This document shows positions 25,901-40,900 of a stretch of 64,000 bases of DNA, piece after piece. The stretch's first letter is position 1, and each line of letters begins with the position of its first letter. Source of the stretch: Flectonema sp. DT1601. Taxonomy: Eukaryota. The position numbers and the translations under genes were made by a program. The notes under the pieces were generated by a model. The model ran no database searches. It was not told the DNA's origin and saw nothing but the letters and a program-made list of their open reading frames with translations. Location of the stretch: contig OZ025797.1 of the NCBI GenBank assembly GCA_964019425.1, forward strand, positions 806,001 to 870,000. The letters are read 5' to 3'.

Positions 25901-28900
25901 ATCATTCTCAACAGAGCAAGCCCTGCACGAAGATCCCGCAACAACGTACCCCACAGCACACAGCTCGCAGCGTGACCCCGCGTATCCTTCGTTGCAGGCA
26001 CAATCACACTCAGTCTGTGCCCCATTTGCACTCGCCACTCCGCGGCTTCCGCAGTGAGCGTCCCCACGACACTCCTCACAAAGCTCGTTGTATCCGCTCC
26101 CGAGGATGTGGTTGCTCGCACACTTCCCGCATCCTCCGTTCGTGTCACGGGCAAACGTCGCAGCACACTCTCCGCAAGCCAATCCCGTGTAACGGGTCTT
26201 GCATTCACAGTCACACTGCGTCTTCAGCCCATTCACTCCCCAAGATTTCGCATTCCCGTTGCAGTTCCCGACATTCGTGCACATCCCACACGTCGGGTAG
26301 TCGTATCGCTCCGCCCCACACTCCCTGCAGTTCGCAGTAACGTCGAATTCACTCGGGCAGTTGTTGCAGCTCGTCCCCGTCCACTGGTGCACACACTTCG
26401 TGCAAGTGCAAGTCAACATGTTCATGTCCACCTCAATCACACCGTCTGACCTGCTGTTGCAGTGGTCCTCGCTCGTGCACTCGTCGCACACGGGGTATCC
26501 AACACGTCCTCCCGAACACGCGTCGCAGTCCGATCCCGCGAATCGTCCAGGGCACGTCCCACAGAACTCACCTGTCCACTGCGTCCCTGCCTTGCAAGTG
26601 CACAAGCACACGTTCCCGTCACTCGTCACAGAATCCGCGTGACCGTTGCAGTCCCCAGCCACCGTGCACTGTCGGCAACCCGGGTACTCCACCCTCCCCA
26701 CAGCACAGCTCCTGCAGTCTGGATCCACGCTGTAGATCTCCGGACACGTCGAGCAGTCCAATCCCGTCCACTGGTGTCGGCAGTCGCAAGTGCATCCATC
26801 GATCCCTGCTGCGTGGTTCGAACAGTCATCTTCAACAGTGCAGCGAGTGCACGTCGGGTAGTCACGGTAGCCATAAGCACAAGCATCGCAGTTTCGACTG
26901 CTGTCGAAGCGAGTCGGGCAGTAGTCACAAGTGTATCCCGTCCACTGCGCAACATCGCAGTTGCACACGCAGATTCGACTCGCGAACCCGACAGGTGTTT
27001 GGGTTTCCGCTGTCGACGCCCTTCCATTGCAAATAGCATTCGTGCACGGCTCGCATGTCGGGTAATTGTCTAGACTCGACGGCGCACATGTGTCACAGAG
27101 TTCAGTCTGCTCGTACCTAACCGGGCACCGGCCGCAGTGGTTGCCTTCCCAAGAGTTGTCACAATCGCATTCACAACCATCACCATCAACATTAGGAGCG
27201 GAAGTTCCATGATTGTTGCAGTCAGAAGCCACACACAACCTGCAGCCCATAGAAGATGTCGCGCTACCGGCATACCCCATTGCAACATCGCACACACCAC
27301 ACGTCGACCCGGTGTAACCTTCCGAACAGCTACAGAGGCAGGAAACCCTCCCAGGATTTGGTGATGCTGTCCCGTGAGAGTTGCAGTGATCCCCAGATGA
27401 ACAGATCTCAACACACCTACTTGAATACCCAATTCGGTTCCCAGAACACACATCACAGTCTGTTCCTCCGAACTCGAGTGGACACAGAGAGCAATCGTCT
27501 CCACTCCACATGTTCCGACATTCGCAACCGCACACCCGTTGAAACTCGTCGGCTGTTGACGTAGTCGCATGTCCCCAACAGTGAAACTCAGGAGTGCACA
27601 ACGTGCATCCATGGACCGGATCATCAACGTGGTTGGCAGCGCACCTATCACACTGAGTTCCACCGTACCGTATCTCACATGTGCCGCAATCAGTGCCACT
27701 CCAGTAGTTGCTACAGGTGCACTCACACGCAGTGTTGCCAACATTTGAAGTTGATCTAGTTGCGTGACCAGAACAGTGACCAGAAATGGTACACTTTTGA
27801 CATCCACTCGCGATATCGATGTGCCCAACAGCACACGAAGTACATCCGCTGGAGAATGCGAAGCCAATCTTGCAGCTTTCGCATGTTGGAAGTGCCCAAT
27901 TTCCTTCACAAGTACAGAGACAGTTCAGGTTTCCAATGGCTGAAGTTACAGAAACAGCGTGTCCATGACAATGACCAGATGAAGTACAAGCAGTGCATTC
28001 ATCGAATGTAATGTATCCCACTGTGCAGGAGTTGCAATCCTCGTTGCTGTCGTGTTTGGCTTCACACAGTTCACAACTATCTCCGTGCCACTTGTGCTTG
28101 CAGTTGCACACACAGGCATCATGTGCCTGGTTAGATGTTGTTACATAGGCATGTGCAGAACAGTGAGTAGTGACATCACACTCATTACAGGATGGGTAGT
28201 TGATGTACCCAACTGCACACTGGCCACAAGTAGTACCAGCAAAACCTATTGAGCATGAGCACACACAGGAAGTGTGCTGAGTGTTGCTGTATAAAGAATC
28301 AGCATTACCATTACAGTGAGAAGTTATATCACACTGAACACAATACTCAATCCCATCTTCAATATATCCATCTGCACATGTCAGACAATCAGAAGAATCA
28401 AATCTTTGATCACAAGAAGAACAGCTGTCACCATGCCAGTGGTCATGACATGAACAACCACAAGCAGCATGATTTGCGTTTGCTGCTGCAGCACCATGGG
28501 AATTACAATGTTGAGAAGGGTTACAAACTTCAACACAATTATTCGGGTAGTCAATGCGGTCACCTGAACAACGATCGCAGTTTATTCCACCAAAAGCACT
28601 CGGACAGATATTACACGAAGGCCCTGACCATTTATTAGAACAACTGCAAACACACGCTGTGTGCCAGTGATTAGAAGTCACATCAGATGCATGAGAATTA
28701 CAGTGATCTGCAACTGTACACAATCCACATTCCGGGTAGTTCCCGGAGTAACCTTCGGCACATTGACCGCAGTTTTCGTTCGAATCGAATCTTTCAGGAC
28801 AGGTTTGACATTGAAGTCCAGTCCAACTATTTTTACATTCACATTCACAATAAATGTGATTATCATTTGATGTTGAACTGTGTGAGTGTTCAGTTGATGT

Positions 28901-31900
28901 ACAGTGTGTTGACACATCACATACTTCTTCACAACCTGACTCATATCCAATACGACCATCAGAACAGCTACCACAGTAAGGTCCAGAGAACTCAATTGGA
29001 CATACACTGCAGTCAGCACTTGACCATTTATTTGAACAACTACAAACACATTCAGTTGGATTACCATCGACATCATTCTCAGTGCCAGTAATAATTCCAT
29101 TATTAGAACAATCATGAACAGTACATAGTCGGCATTCAGGACCTACTCTGTTGGTACCACATTCTGTACAATCTGATGACACGGTAAAACGTTGGTCACA
29201 AGTTGCACAAAACAAGCCGAGCCAGTTTGCTTTGCAATCGCAGGTACACTCCAAACCGTCTTCAGACGACTGTACATTGACCGCATTGCCTGAACAGTTA
29301 GCAGTTGCCTCACATAAAATACAACTCGGATATCCATATCTGTTATCAGCACAACTATCACAAGATGATGAATAAATATCTGAACAGTCACTACAAATTG
29401 AACCCTCCCACTGGTCAGCGCACGTACAAACACAACCATCGTGCAGTTGATTACTAATTACAAACGATGAGTGACCACTGCAATGTGTTGCAGAGCTACA
29501 TGGATCACATGAGGGCCAGTTGATAAATCCTAGAGAGCATCTCTCACAAGCGGCACCTTCGAATCCAAAAGTACACTCACAGACACATCCTGAATGATCA
29601 TCATTGCTAGTGATATAAACAGCTCTGTCATTACAATCAATTACTGAAGAGCATCTCCTACAATTGTTATCATTCACAACATAATGAGTTGCACAACCAC
29701 TGCAGTCATTTGCTACCTCATATTGAACTGGACAGCTAACGCAACTTCTATCATCTTGCCATTGACTTCTGCAACTGCATACACAGCGATTCTCAGCAAC
29801 ATTTGAAGTTACACTAATCGCATTATTATTACAATTACTACTAACAGTACATGCAACACATAGTCCATCAACTTCAATGTATCCAACTGAGCAGATTGGA
29901 ATAATACTTGAGCAGTCGTATCCAACAAAACAAACACCACAAGTATCTCCCTTGTATGGATGCCTACAAGTACACTTGCAATCATTGTTTTCTACTACAC
30001 TTGTTAAAGAGTGACCACTACAATAGGAGTCATCACAAGTCACATCGCAGTCAGGCCAGTTGAAAATACTTTCCGCACAAGTATTACAGCTAGGCCCTCC
30101 GTAATTCGAAGGACACGACTCACAACGAGCGCCAGTCCACGGGAATGAGCATCCGCTACACGTGCAGACCAATGGATTCTCAAACGAGTCCGTCCCAACA
30201 ACACTCGCACGACTGTTGCAGTGCTGCACATTCGTACACAGCAAACAGTCCCCATTGGCCTTCACGTATCCTTGAGCACATCCATCACAAACATCTCCCA
30301 CTTCCCGGAACCGCACAGGACACTCTTCACAGTCACTCGCCTCAACCCACCTTCCCGTGCAGCTGCAAGTACACCTCGTGCGGGCAGCATTCGACGTCAC
30401 AGACGAACTGTGTCCGAAGCAATCATTCTCAACAGAGCAAGCCCTGCACGAAGATCCCGCAACAACGTACCCCACAGCACACAGCTCGCAACGTGACCCC
30501 GCGTATCCTTCGTTGCAGGCACAATCACACTCAGTCTGTGCCCCATTTGCACTCGCCACTCCGCGGCTTCCGCAGTGAGCGTCCCCACGACACTCCTCAC
30601 AAAGCTCGTTATATCCGCTCCCGAGGATGTGGTTGCTCGCACACTTCCCGCATCCTCCGTTTGTGTCACGGGCAAACGTCGCAGCACACTCTCCGCAAGC
30701 CAATCCCGTGTAACGGGTCTTGCATTCACAGTCACACTGCGTCTTCAGCCCATTCACTCCCCAAGATTTCGCATTCCCGTTGCAGTTCCCGACATTCGTG
30801 CACATCCCACACGTCGGGTAGTCGTATCGCTCCGCCCCACACTCCCTGCAGTTCGCAGCAACGTCGAATTCACTCGGGCAGTTGTTGCAGCTCGTCCCCG
30901 TCCACTGGTGCACACACTTCGTGCAAGTGCAAGTCAACATGTTCATGTCTACCTCAATCACACCGTCTGACCTGCTGTTGCAGTGATCCTCGCTCGTGCA
31001 CTCGTCGCACACGGGGTATCCGACACGTCCTCCCGAACACGCGTCGCAGTCCGATCCCGCGAATCGTCCAGGGCACGTCCCACAGAACTCACCTGTCCAC
31101 TGCGTCCCTGCCTTGCAAGTGCACAAGCACACGTTCCCGTCACTCGTCACAGAATCCGCGTGACCGTTGCAGTCCCCAGCCACCGTGCACTGTCGGCAAC
31201 CTGGGTACTCCACCCTTCCCACAGCACAGCTCCTGCAGTCTGGATCCACGCTGTAGATCTCCGGACACGTCGAGCAGTCCAATCCCGTCCACTGGTGTCG
31301 GCAGTCGCAAGTGCATCCATCGATCCCTGCTGCGTGATCGGAGCAATGCTGTTCAACAGTGCAGCGAGTGCACGTCGGATAATCTGTGTAACCATAAGCA
31401 CAGATGTCACACGTTGCCTGATCAAATCGCGTTGGACAATAATCGCAGGTATAACCTTTCCACTGCGCAACATCGCAGTTGCACACGCAGATTCGACTCG
31501 CGAACCCGACAGGTGTTTGGGTTTCCGCTGTCGACGCCCTTCCATTGCAAATAGCATTCGTGCACGGCTCGCATGTCGGATAGTTGTCTAGACTCGACGG
31601 CGCACATGTGTCACAGAGTTCAGTCTGCTCGTACCTAACCGGGCACCGGCCGCAGTGGTTGCCTTCCCAAGAGTTGTCACAATCGCATTCACAAACATCA
31701 CCATCAACATTAGGAGCGGAAGTTCCATGATTGTTGCAGTCAGAAGCCACGCACAACCTGCAGCCCATAGAAGACGTCGCGCTACCGGCATACCCCATTG
31801 CAACATCGCACACACCACACGTCGACCCGGTGTAACCTTCCGAACAGCTACAGAGGCAGGAAACCCTCCCAGGATTTGGTGATGCTGTCCCGTGAGAGTT

Positions 31901-34900
31901 GCAGTGATCCCCAGATGAACAGATCTCAACACACCTACTTGAATACCCAATTCGGTTCCCAGAACACACATCACAGTCTGTTCCTCCGAACTCGAGTGGA
32001 CACAGAGAGCAATCGTCTCCACTCCACATGTTCCGACATTCGCAACCGCACACCCGTTGAAACTCGTCGGCAGTTGACGTAGTCGCATGTCCCCAACAGT
32101 GAAACTCAGGAGTGCACAACGTGCATCCATGGACCGGATCATCAACGTGGTTGGCAGCGCACCTATCACACTGAGTTCCACCGTACCGTATCTCACATGT
32201 GCCGCAATCAGTGCCACTCCAGTAGTTGCTACAGGTGCACTCACACGCAGTGTTGCCAACATTTGAAGTTGCTCTAGTTGCGTGACCAGAACAGTGACCA
32301 GAAATGGTACACTTTTGACATCCACTCGCGATATCGATGTGCCCAACAGCACACGAAGTACAATCGCTGGAAAGAGCATATCCAACCCTGCAGCTTTCAC
32401 ACGTTGGAAGTGCCCAATTTCCTTCACAAGTACAGAGACAGTTCAGGTTTCCAATGGCTGAAGTAACAGAAACAGCGTGTCCATGACAATGACCAGATGA
32501 AGTACAAGCAGTGCATTCATCGAATGTAATGTATCCCACTGTGCAGGAGTTGCAATCCTCGTTGCTGTCGTGTTTGGCTTCACACAGTTCACAACTATCT
32601 CCGTGCCACTTGTGCTTGCAGTTGCACACACAGGCATCACGTAATAAATTCGTAGTGACATATGTCGCGTGACTGGAGCAGTGAACATCAATATCACACT
32701 TATTACAAGATGGGAAGTTGATATAACCGACAGCACACCTTTCACAAGTGAGCCCAATAAAACCTGTTGAACATGAACAAATACAGGAAGTGTGTTGTTC
32801 GTTGCTGCCAGTAAAATCAGCGTTACCGTTACAATGAGTTGTGATATCACACTGCACACAATGGTCGATACTATTTTGGATATATCCATCTGCACATGTC
32901 AGACAGTCAGAAGAGTCAAACTTCGGATCACAAGTAGCACAATTAGTTGCAACATGCCAGTGGTTATCACAGGTACAGTCACATGCAGTGCGTAAAGTAT
33001 TTGGTGTTGCCATTCCGTTAGAATTACAGTGCTGTGATGAACTACATATCTCAACACAATCATTTTGGTAGTCAATACGATCTCCTGAACATTCGTTGCA
33101 GTCGATGCCACCAAATTCTTCCGGACAGACTGCACACGCAGATTCGGGACCAGTCCACTTATTAGTACAGCTGCAAACACACGCTGTGTGCTGCTCATTT
33201 GAAGTAACAGTCGAAGCATGTGAACTACAGTGATCGATAGTTGTACACAATCCACATTCCGGATAGTCTCCTGTGTAGCCTGCAGAACACTGACCGCAAT
33301 CTTCGTTTCTGTCAAATCGCTCAGGGCACGACTCACATCTATCTCCTGTCCAACTGTTACGGCAGTCACATACGCAAGATACTCTGTTCGCATTGGATGT
33401 TGCGGAGTGTGCGTGATCTTCAAAGCAATGAGATGCTGTTGTGCAAACTTCAACACAGTTGCTGTCGTACCCAATGCGACCTAGAGCACAAGTATTGCAA
33501 TCTGCTCCTGCAAACTCTTGTGAGCAAATACTACAATCAGAACCAGACCATTTATTATTACATTCACAAGTACAAGACGTATGTAAGTCATCTGTTCCAG
33601 TAGGTGTTCCATGACTAGAGCAGTCTGTAGGTACACAAAGTCTGCATGTGGAACCAATTCTGTTTGCTGAGCATTTCAAACAATCGGATTCTTCGGTATA
33701 TTGAACAGTACAGGTTTCACAATAATCACCACTCCAGTTATTACGACAGTTGCAATCACACACCTGACCTTCTTCGGATGAAACAGAATTGTGAGCGTGA
33801 TCAGAACAATTAGCACTCGGTGAACACAATATGCAATCCGGGTAGTTAAATCTATTTAATGAACATCTATCACATTCACTACTAAATAATGATGAACATT
33901 CATCACACACATCACCACTCCATTGATCAGAACACGTACACAAACAAGATGTGTGCGTAAGATCTGAAGTTGTTAACGAAGCGTGTGTTGAACAATGAAC
34001 ATCTGATGAACATAAAACACAGTTCGGCCAATTAATAAAACCAATGTCACACTTCTCACAGTTATTACCAGCAAATCCAACATCGCACTGACACAAACAT
34101 ATACTGTGTTCATCATTACTACTAACACCTGATTGCTGTGCGTGACTATTACAATCAATTTCTGCTCTGCATTGCCTGCAGTCACTTGCTTCAGTAATAT
34201 AACCGGTTGCACATCCACTACAATCATTAGTTATTTCAAATCTAGTTGGGCAAGTTGAGCAGTCGCTTTCTTCTGTCCATTCATTTTTGCAGCTACAAAT
34301 ACAACGATTCTCTGCCACATTTGAAGTCACACTAACAGCATTGCCACCACAATTATCAGCTACTGTGCAGACAACACAATTACCTTCTACGTCAACATAT
34401 CCAATTGAGCAGATTGGAGTCTCACCTGAGCAGTCGTAGCCCAAAAGACAACTACCACACTTAACTCCAATATATGGATGTTTGCACTCACAAGAACAGC
34501 CATTTGACTCGACGATACTCGAAACAGAATGACCATTACAATAGGAGTCATCACAAGTCACATCGCAGTCAGGCCAGTTGAAGATGTGCGCCGCACACTC
34601 ACTGCAACCAATGCCACCGTAATTCGAAGGACACGACTCACAACGAGCGCCAGTCCACGGGAATGAGCATCCGCTACACGTGCAGACCAATGGATTCTCA
34701 AACGAGTCCGTCCCAACAACACTCGCACGACTGTTGCAGTGCTGCACATTCGTACACAGCAAACAGTCCCCATTGGCCTTCACATATCCTTGAGCACATC
34801 CATCACAAACATCTCCCACTTCCCGGAACCGCACAGGACACTCTTCGCAGTCACTCGCCTCAACCCACCTTCCCGTGCAGCTGCAAGTACACCTCGTGCG

Positions 34901-37900
34901 GGCAGCATTCGACGTCACAGACGAACTGTGTCCGAAGCAATCATTCTCAACAGAGCAAGCCCTACACGAAGATCCCGCAACAACGTACCCCACAGCACAC
35001 AGCTCGCAACGTGACCCCGCGTATCCTTCGTTGCAGGCACAATCACACTCAGTCTGTGCCCCATTTGCACTCGCCACTCCGCGGCTTCCGCAGTGAGCGT
35101 CCCCACGACACTCCTCACAAAGCTCGTTATATCCGCTCCCGAGGATGTGGTTGCTCGCACACTTCCCGCATCCTCCGTTCGTGTCACGGGCAAACGTCGC
35201 AGCACACTCTCCGCAAGCCAATCCCGTGTAACGGGTCTTGCATTCACAGTCACACTGCGTCTTCAGCCCATTCACTCCCCAAGATTTCGCATTCCCGTTG
35301 CAGTTCCCGGCATTCGTGCACATCCCACACGTCGGGTAGTCGTATCGCTCCGCCCCACACTCCCTGCAGTTCGCAGCAACGTCGAATTCACTCGGGCAGT
35401 TGTTGCAGCTCGTCCCCGTCCACTGGTGCACACACTTCGTGCAAGTGCAAGTCAACATGTTCATGTCCACCTCAATCACACCGTCTGACCTGCTGTTGCA
35501 GTGGTCCTCGCTCGTGCACTCGTCGCACACAGGGTACCCGACACGTCCTCCCGAACACGCGTCGCAGTCTGATCCCGCGAATCGTCCAGGGCACGTCCCA
35601 CAGAACTCACCTGTCCACTGCGTCCCTGCCTTGCAAGTGCACAAGCACACGTTCCCGTCACTCGTCACAGAATCCGCGTGACCGTTGCAGTCCCCAGCCA
35701 CCGTGCACTGTCGGCAACCTGGGTACTCCACCCTCCCCACAGCACAGCTCCTGCAGTCTGGATCCACGCTGTAGATCTTCGGACACGTCGAGCAGTCCAA
35801 TCCTGTCCACTGGTGTCGGCAGTCGCAAGTGCATCCATCGATCCCTGCTGCGTGGTTCGAACAGTCATCTTCAACAGTGCAGCGAGTGCACGTCGGGTAG
35901 TCACGGTAGCCATAAGCACACGCATCGCAGTTTCGACTGCTGTCGAAGCGAGTCGGGCAGTAGTCACAAGTGTATCCCGTCCACTGCGCAACATCGCAGT
36001 TGCACACGCAGATTCGACTCGCGAACCCGACAGGTGTTTGGGTTTCCGCTGTCGACGCCCTTCCATTGCAAATAGCATTCGTGCACGGCTCGCATGTCGG
36101 ATAGTTGTCTAGACTCGACGGCGCACATGTGTCACAGAGTTCAGTCTGCTCGTATCTCGAAGGACATCTGCCGCAGTGATCGCCAGTCCATCGATTGTCA
36201 CAATTGCAAACACAATCCGTACCTGCCTCACTTGGTAATGAGTTTCCGTGGCCATTGCAATCGTCTGCCCTGGTGCAGAGGCGGCAAGAGTGAGTGGAAG
36301 GGTTTCCTGCGTAGTTATTTGGACTATCACATGTATCACAACTGGAACCACTGTAACCAGATTTACAAGAGCAAATACAAGGAGAGTTTCCACCTGCAGA
36401 AGAAACAGAATCCGCATTTCCACTGCAATGGCTACTGACAGAACACAATCCGCAATGTTCACCACTTGGTGCATAATTTAATGAGCAAGCTAAACAATCG
36501 GATTCAACAGAATAGCCTGGCGGACATGTCTCACAGAGGGCCCCTTCCCATTTATTTCTACAAGATAAACAAACACAAGAGGATTGATCATCTGATGGAG
36601 AAACAACAACAGCATTTCCATTACAATGATCTGCTGAAGTACAATGAATGCAGGTAGGAGTATAGTAACAAGTTGCAGCTTGTGAAGATGAAGATTGACT
36701 GTTGACTCTAATTGAATTCTTTGAGAAAGTACAATAAGAAGTTAAACTATTCCACAAACAACAACCAGCAGTACTTTGACCATTACACCAACTAACACAC
36801 TCTGAAGAAGTACCCTTCAAAACAGGAGGAGTTAGTATGTTTGACGGGTTAACAGGAACTTCACATTTCTTATAACTCACAAGACTTGAACACGGAGAAC
36901 CATCAAGCTGTTCTCTGAAATGTGTAGATGAGCAAAGCTGACAATTTGGTCCAGTCCAACCAGAGTCACAACTACAGACGCAATGCTTATGATCAATTGA
37001 AGATGCTACCGTTCGTGCGTGACCACCACAATGTGAATTAATATCACAAAGTACACAATTAGTACCTGCGTATCCATCTGAACACCGAGAGCATTCAGAT
37101 TCTTGTGAATATTGAACAGGACAAGTTCTACAAGAAGTTGTTGGATTCCAATTATGTTGACAACTACAAACACATTCTGTTTGGTGAATGTTTGGAACAA
37201 CTGAAAGTGCGTGTCCGTGGCAGTGATCTTCAACAGTACATCTAACACAGTTATCGAGAGCACCAACAGAAATATAATCATCTGCACATCTATCACAGTC
37301 AGTACCACCGTACTGTTCTGGACAGGTATCACATTTTGTTCCAGTCCAATAGTTGTGACAATTGCAAGCACACTCAAATTGAGTAGTGCGAAGAATGTCA
37401 ACAGTACCGTGAGCACTGCAGTCAGTAGTTTGTAAACACATTCTTGAATTAGTCATGTACCGTTCGTTACTAATTGGGTTTATAAAGTGTTCTCCAACAT
37501 ATCCAGGAGCACATAAGTTACAGTTTGCACCAACATATTCTGCCGGGCAGGTTGAACACTGTGATCCTCTCCAATTGGTTGAGCAACTACAGCGACAGTT
37601 ATTTGTAGAGAAATCAAAGTCAACTTGATAAGCATGATTACTACAATGATCTGATACTAAACATCCATTACAGACTGGGAAGTTAAATCTTCCTATGGCG
37701 CAAGCATCGCAGTTCAGACCTGAAAACCTTGATGGACAAGTTTCACACTGCAACCCACTCCACTTGTTAATACAACGTTGACACAAACAAGTTGAATGTG
37801 AGCCATCAGATGTCACATCATCTGGTAAAGCATTTCCACTACAATGAGAAGGAAGGCATCGAGTACAAGTTGGGTAGTCGATATGTCCTTCACGACACTG

Positions 37901-40900
37901 TTCGCAGTCTAATGTAGCATCGAATGACTGCGGACATGTTCCACACTGTGGACCTGTCCACTGATTTCTGCAAATACAACCACAAGTACCGTAGTGAGCT
38001 GTATAATCAATTCGTCCATTATTATTACAATCTGTTGGTGTGCAGGGTCTACATGTTGCTCCAGTGAATCCTCGTGCACATATACTACACGATTGATCTT
38101 CTCCAATGTGATAATTAGAAGGACAGATCTCACAAGCAATACCCGTCCAGGAATTACTACAGCTACAGTCACAGGTTAATTTGTTTATTGACGAACTTAC
38201 TATTCCATGATAAGAACAATCTTCATTTGTACATCTCCTTGAGCAGCTTTCACCAACCCACAAGTCTGCACACGTCTTACAATCTGAAGAAGGGCTGTAT
38301 TGAATTGGACATCTTCTGCAGTCAGATTCAGTCCATTTATTTCTGCAACTGCATTCACATGATACTTGTGCGGCATTAGAAGAGACAGATATCGCGTGAC
38401 CTCTACAATCAGACTCCATTGTACAAAGTCTACAGTTAGGATAGTTAATATGATTTACAGCACATGAATCACAAGAAGAACCATGGTACTGCTGAGTACA
38501 GATAGAACAGTCAGAACCTGTCCAAGAGTTGCTACACTGACAGTCACATGTTGAGTGAGTAGCATCTGATGTTGTTGAATCGGAGTGTCCAGAACAATGT
38601 GTTGCTGTTGTACATTTCACACAATTTGGTAAAATGTATCCAACAGAACACACCTGACAACCAGAGTCTAAAGAGTAACCTTCTTTACATATATCACAAA
38701 AGGTTCCATCATAGTTTCCACTACACGAACAGATACACTTCTCACGGTCATCATCTGATGTTACGGAGTCAGCGTTGCCGTTGCAATCGTCAATAATGTT
38801 ACACTTCATACAATTTGGATAATTAATGAACCCAACAGTGCAATCATTACAATTCATATCTTCTGTATTGTCATACTTCTCTGGACAGGTTTGACATTGA
38901 GATCCTGTCCATTGATGACTACAACTACAAACACACTCATTATTAACAACATTACTTGTGACTGATAATGCGTGTGTTGTAGCTGTACAGTGATTCTCAA
39001 TCTTACATTCTTCACATGCAGGGTAGTTTATATATCCAACAGAACACTCATCGCATAGGGTTCCTTCGAAGTTTTCTAAGCAGTCACAGAGACAGATAGT
39101 TTTATCATTGTCTGTGTAGACATTAAGAGCATGACCTGAACAGTGAACGTTATTTAAACACTTTTCACACTCAGGGTACTGAACATGAAGTGTTGAACAT
39201 GACTTGCAGTCTGTACCAAACTGACTTGGACAAGTCTCACAACGACTACCAGTCCATTGATGAGAACAAGAGCAAGTACATCCTGACTTGTCAGAGTTTG
39301 ATGTGATCCCACCAGGAACAGCTCTTCTATTGCAGTGAATATCATTTGTACATTCTAAACAATCTGGGTAGTTATAATAACCTGGTGAACATTGATTACA
39401 ATCACTCATGTATTTATTATTACAATACTGACACTGACTTCCATACCATTGATGTCTACAACTACAATCACATGAAGTATGAAGTTCATTGCTGGTTACG
39501 GATGTCGCATGTTCGCTACAATGAGAAGAGACAGAACACCTACCACATCCAGGTCCTGCAAAACCTGTTGCACACTGACCGCAGTCTTCAGTTCTATCGT
39601 ATCCAGGTGGACATAAATTACAATTGTCACCGTACCAATTATTTCTACATTCACAAACACACTTATCTTGTTCAGTATTAGTCATAACGGGGTTAGGCGC
39701 ATGTCCTGAACAGTCTATCGCCGCACGACATCTCTCTACGCAACCCGTTTCATAGTTTAAATAAGTATCAGCACACTTATTACAATTAATTCCCGCAAAA
39801 TTAGATGGGCAAGTGTTACAACGTGATCCTGTCCATGCATTTGCGCAGGTGCAAACGCATGCGGTTTTGTCAGCGTTTGCGATCACTAAAGTTGCGTGGC
39901 TACTACAATAGTCACTTGTAGTACATAAATCACAAGTCGGGTAGTTTATTCTGTTGCCAGCACATTCTCTACAAGTTGATTGCTCATACTTTGTTGGGCA
40001 GATCTCGCAATGAGTACCAAGCCAAGGTTCTCTGCAAGTGCAATCACATCGCGAGAAGTCATTAGAAGGCATTGCAAGAGTCGCATGGCTGCTGCAATTA
40101 CCAACCTTTGAACACTCCACACAATCAGGATAACTATAGTGTAATATTGCACAACTCGCACAATTACTTGAACTGTACCTGTCATCACAATCTCTGCAAG
40201 TATCACCACTCCATTGATCTTTACAACTACAAACACATTGAGTCTTATCACTGTTTGTAATAACTGAAGCAGCGTGATTGTTACAGTGAACTTGACTGGT
40301 ACACCTTGTGCATGTTGGGTAATTAATATGTCCTGCAGCACATCTGTCACAGGCAGATCCTGCATAGTTAACCATACACGTGCATTTACATAATGTGTGT
40401 TCAAGGTCACTATTGACTTCAACAGCGTGGTTGTTGCAATCAGTTACTACAGAGCACTTTCTACAGTTGTCTCCCACGTGCATATTACTGCAGCCTTTAC
40501 AGTCGTTTCCAATATCAAAACGATTATCACAAGTTGAGCAATGTGGTAGTTGCCAGTTATTACGGCAGCTGCAGACACAAGTATTCAACGCCACGTCTGA
40601 CGTAACAGAATCAGCATTGCTACTACAATGAGTACTCATTGTACATGGAATACAATCTAAAATACCACCTGGTGTTCCCTCAATAAATCCAACACTACAT
40701 TTCGGTATTGCTTCTGAACAGTCGTACGCTGGTGGGCATCTCTCGCACCTGTCTCCATTGTATGGATGTTTACAATCACATGAACAATCATTTTCAACAA
40801 CAACTGAACTCTTTGAGTGACTATTGCAATAGGAGGCATCACAAGTCACATCGCAGTCAGGCCAGTTGAAGATACTTTCCGCACAAGTATTACAGCTAGG

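Noticed and set aside
26060..26068. RGD motif (CRGDAHC) present in all five repeat copies, plus RGD in the tail
   Set aside because: One occurrence multiplied by homogenisation; chance RGDs are expected in 18,000 aa, and the tail copy is cytoplasmic.
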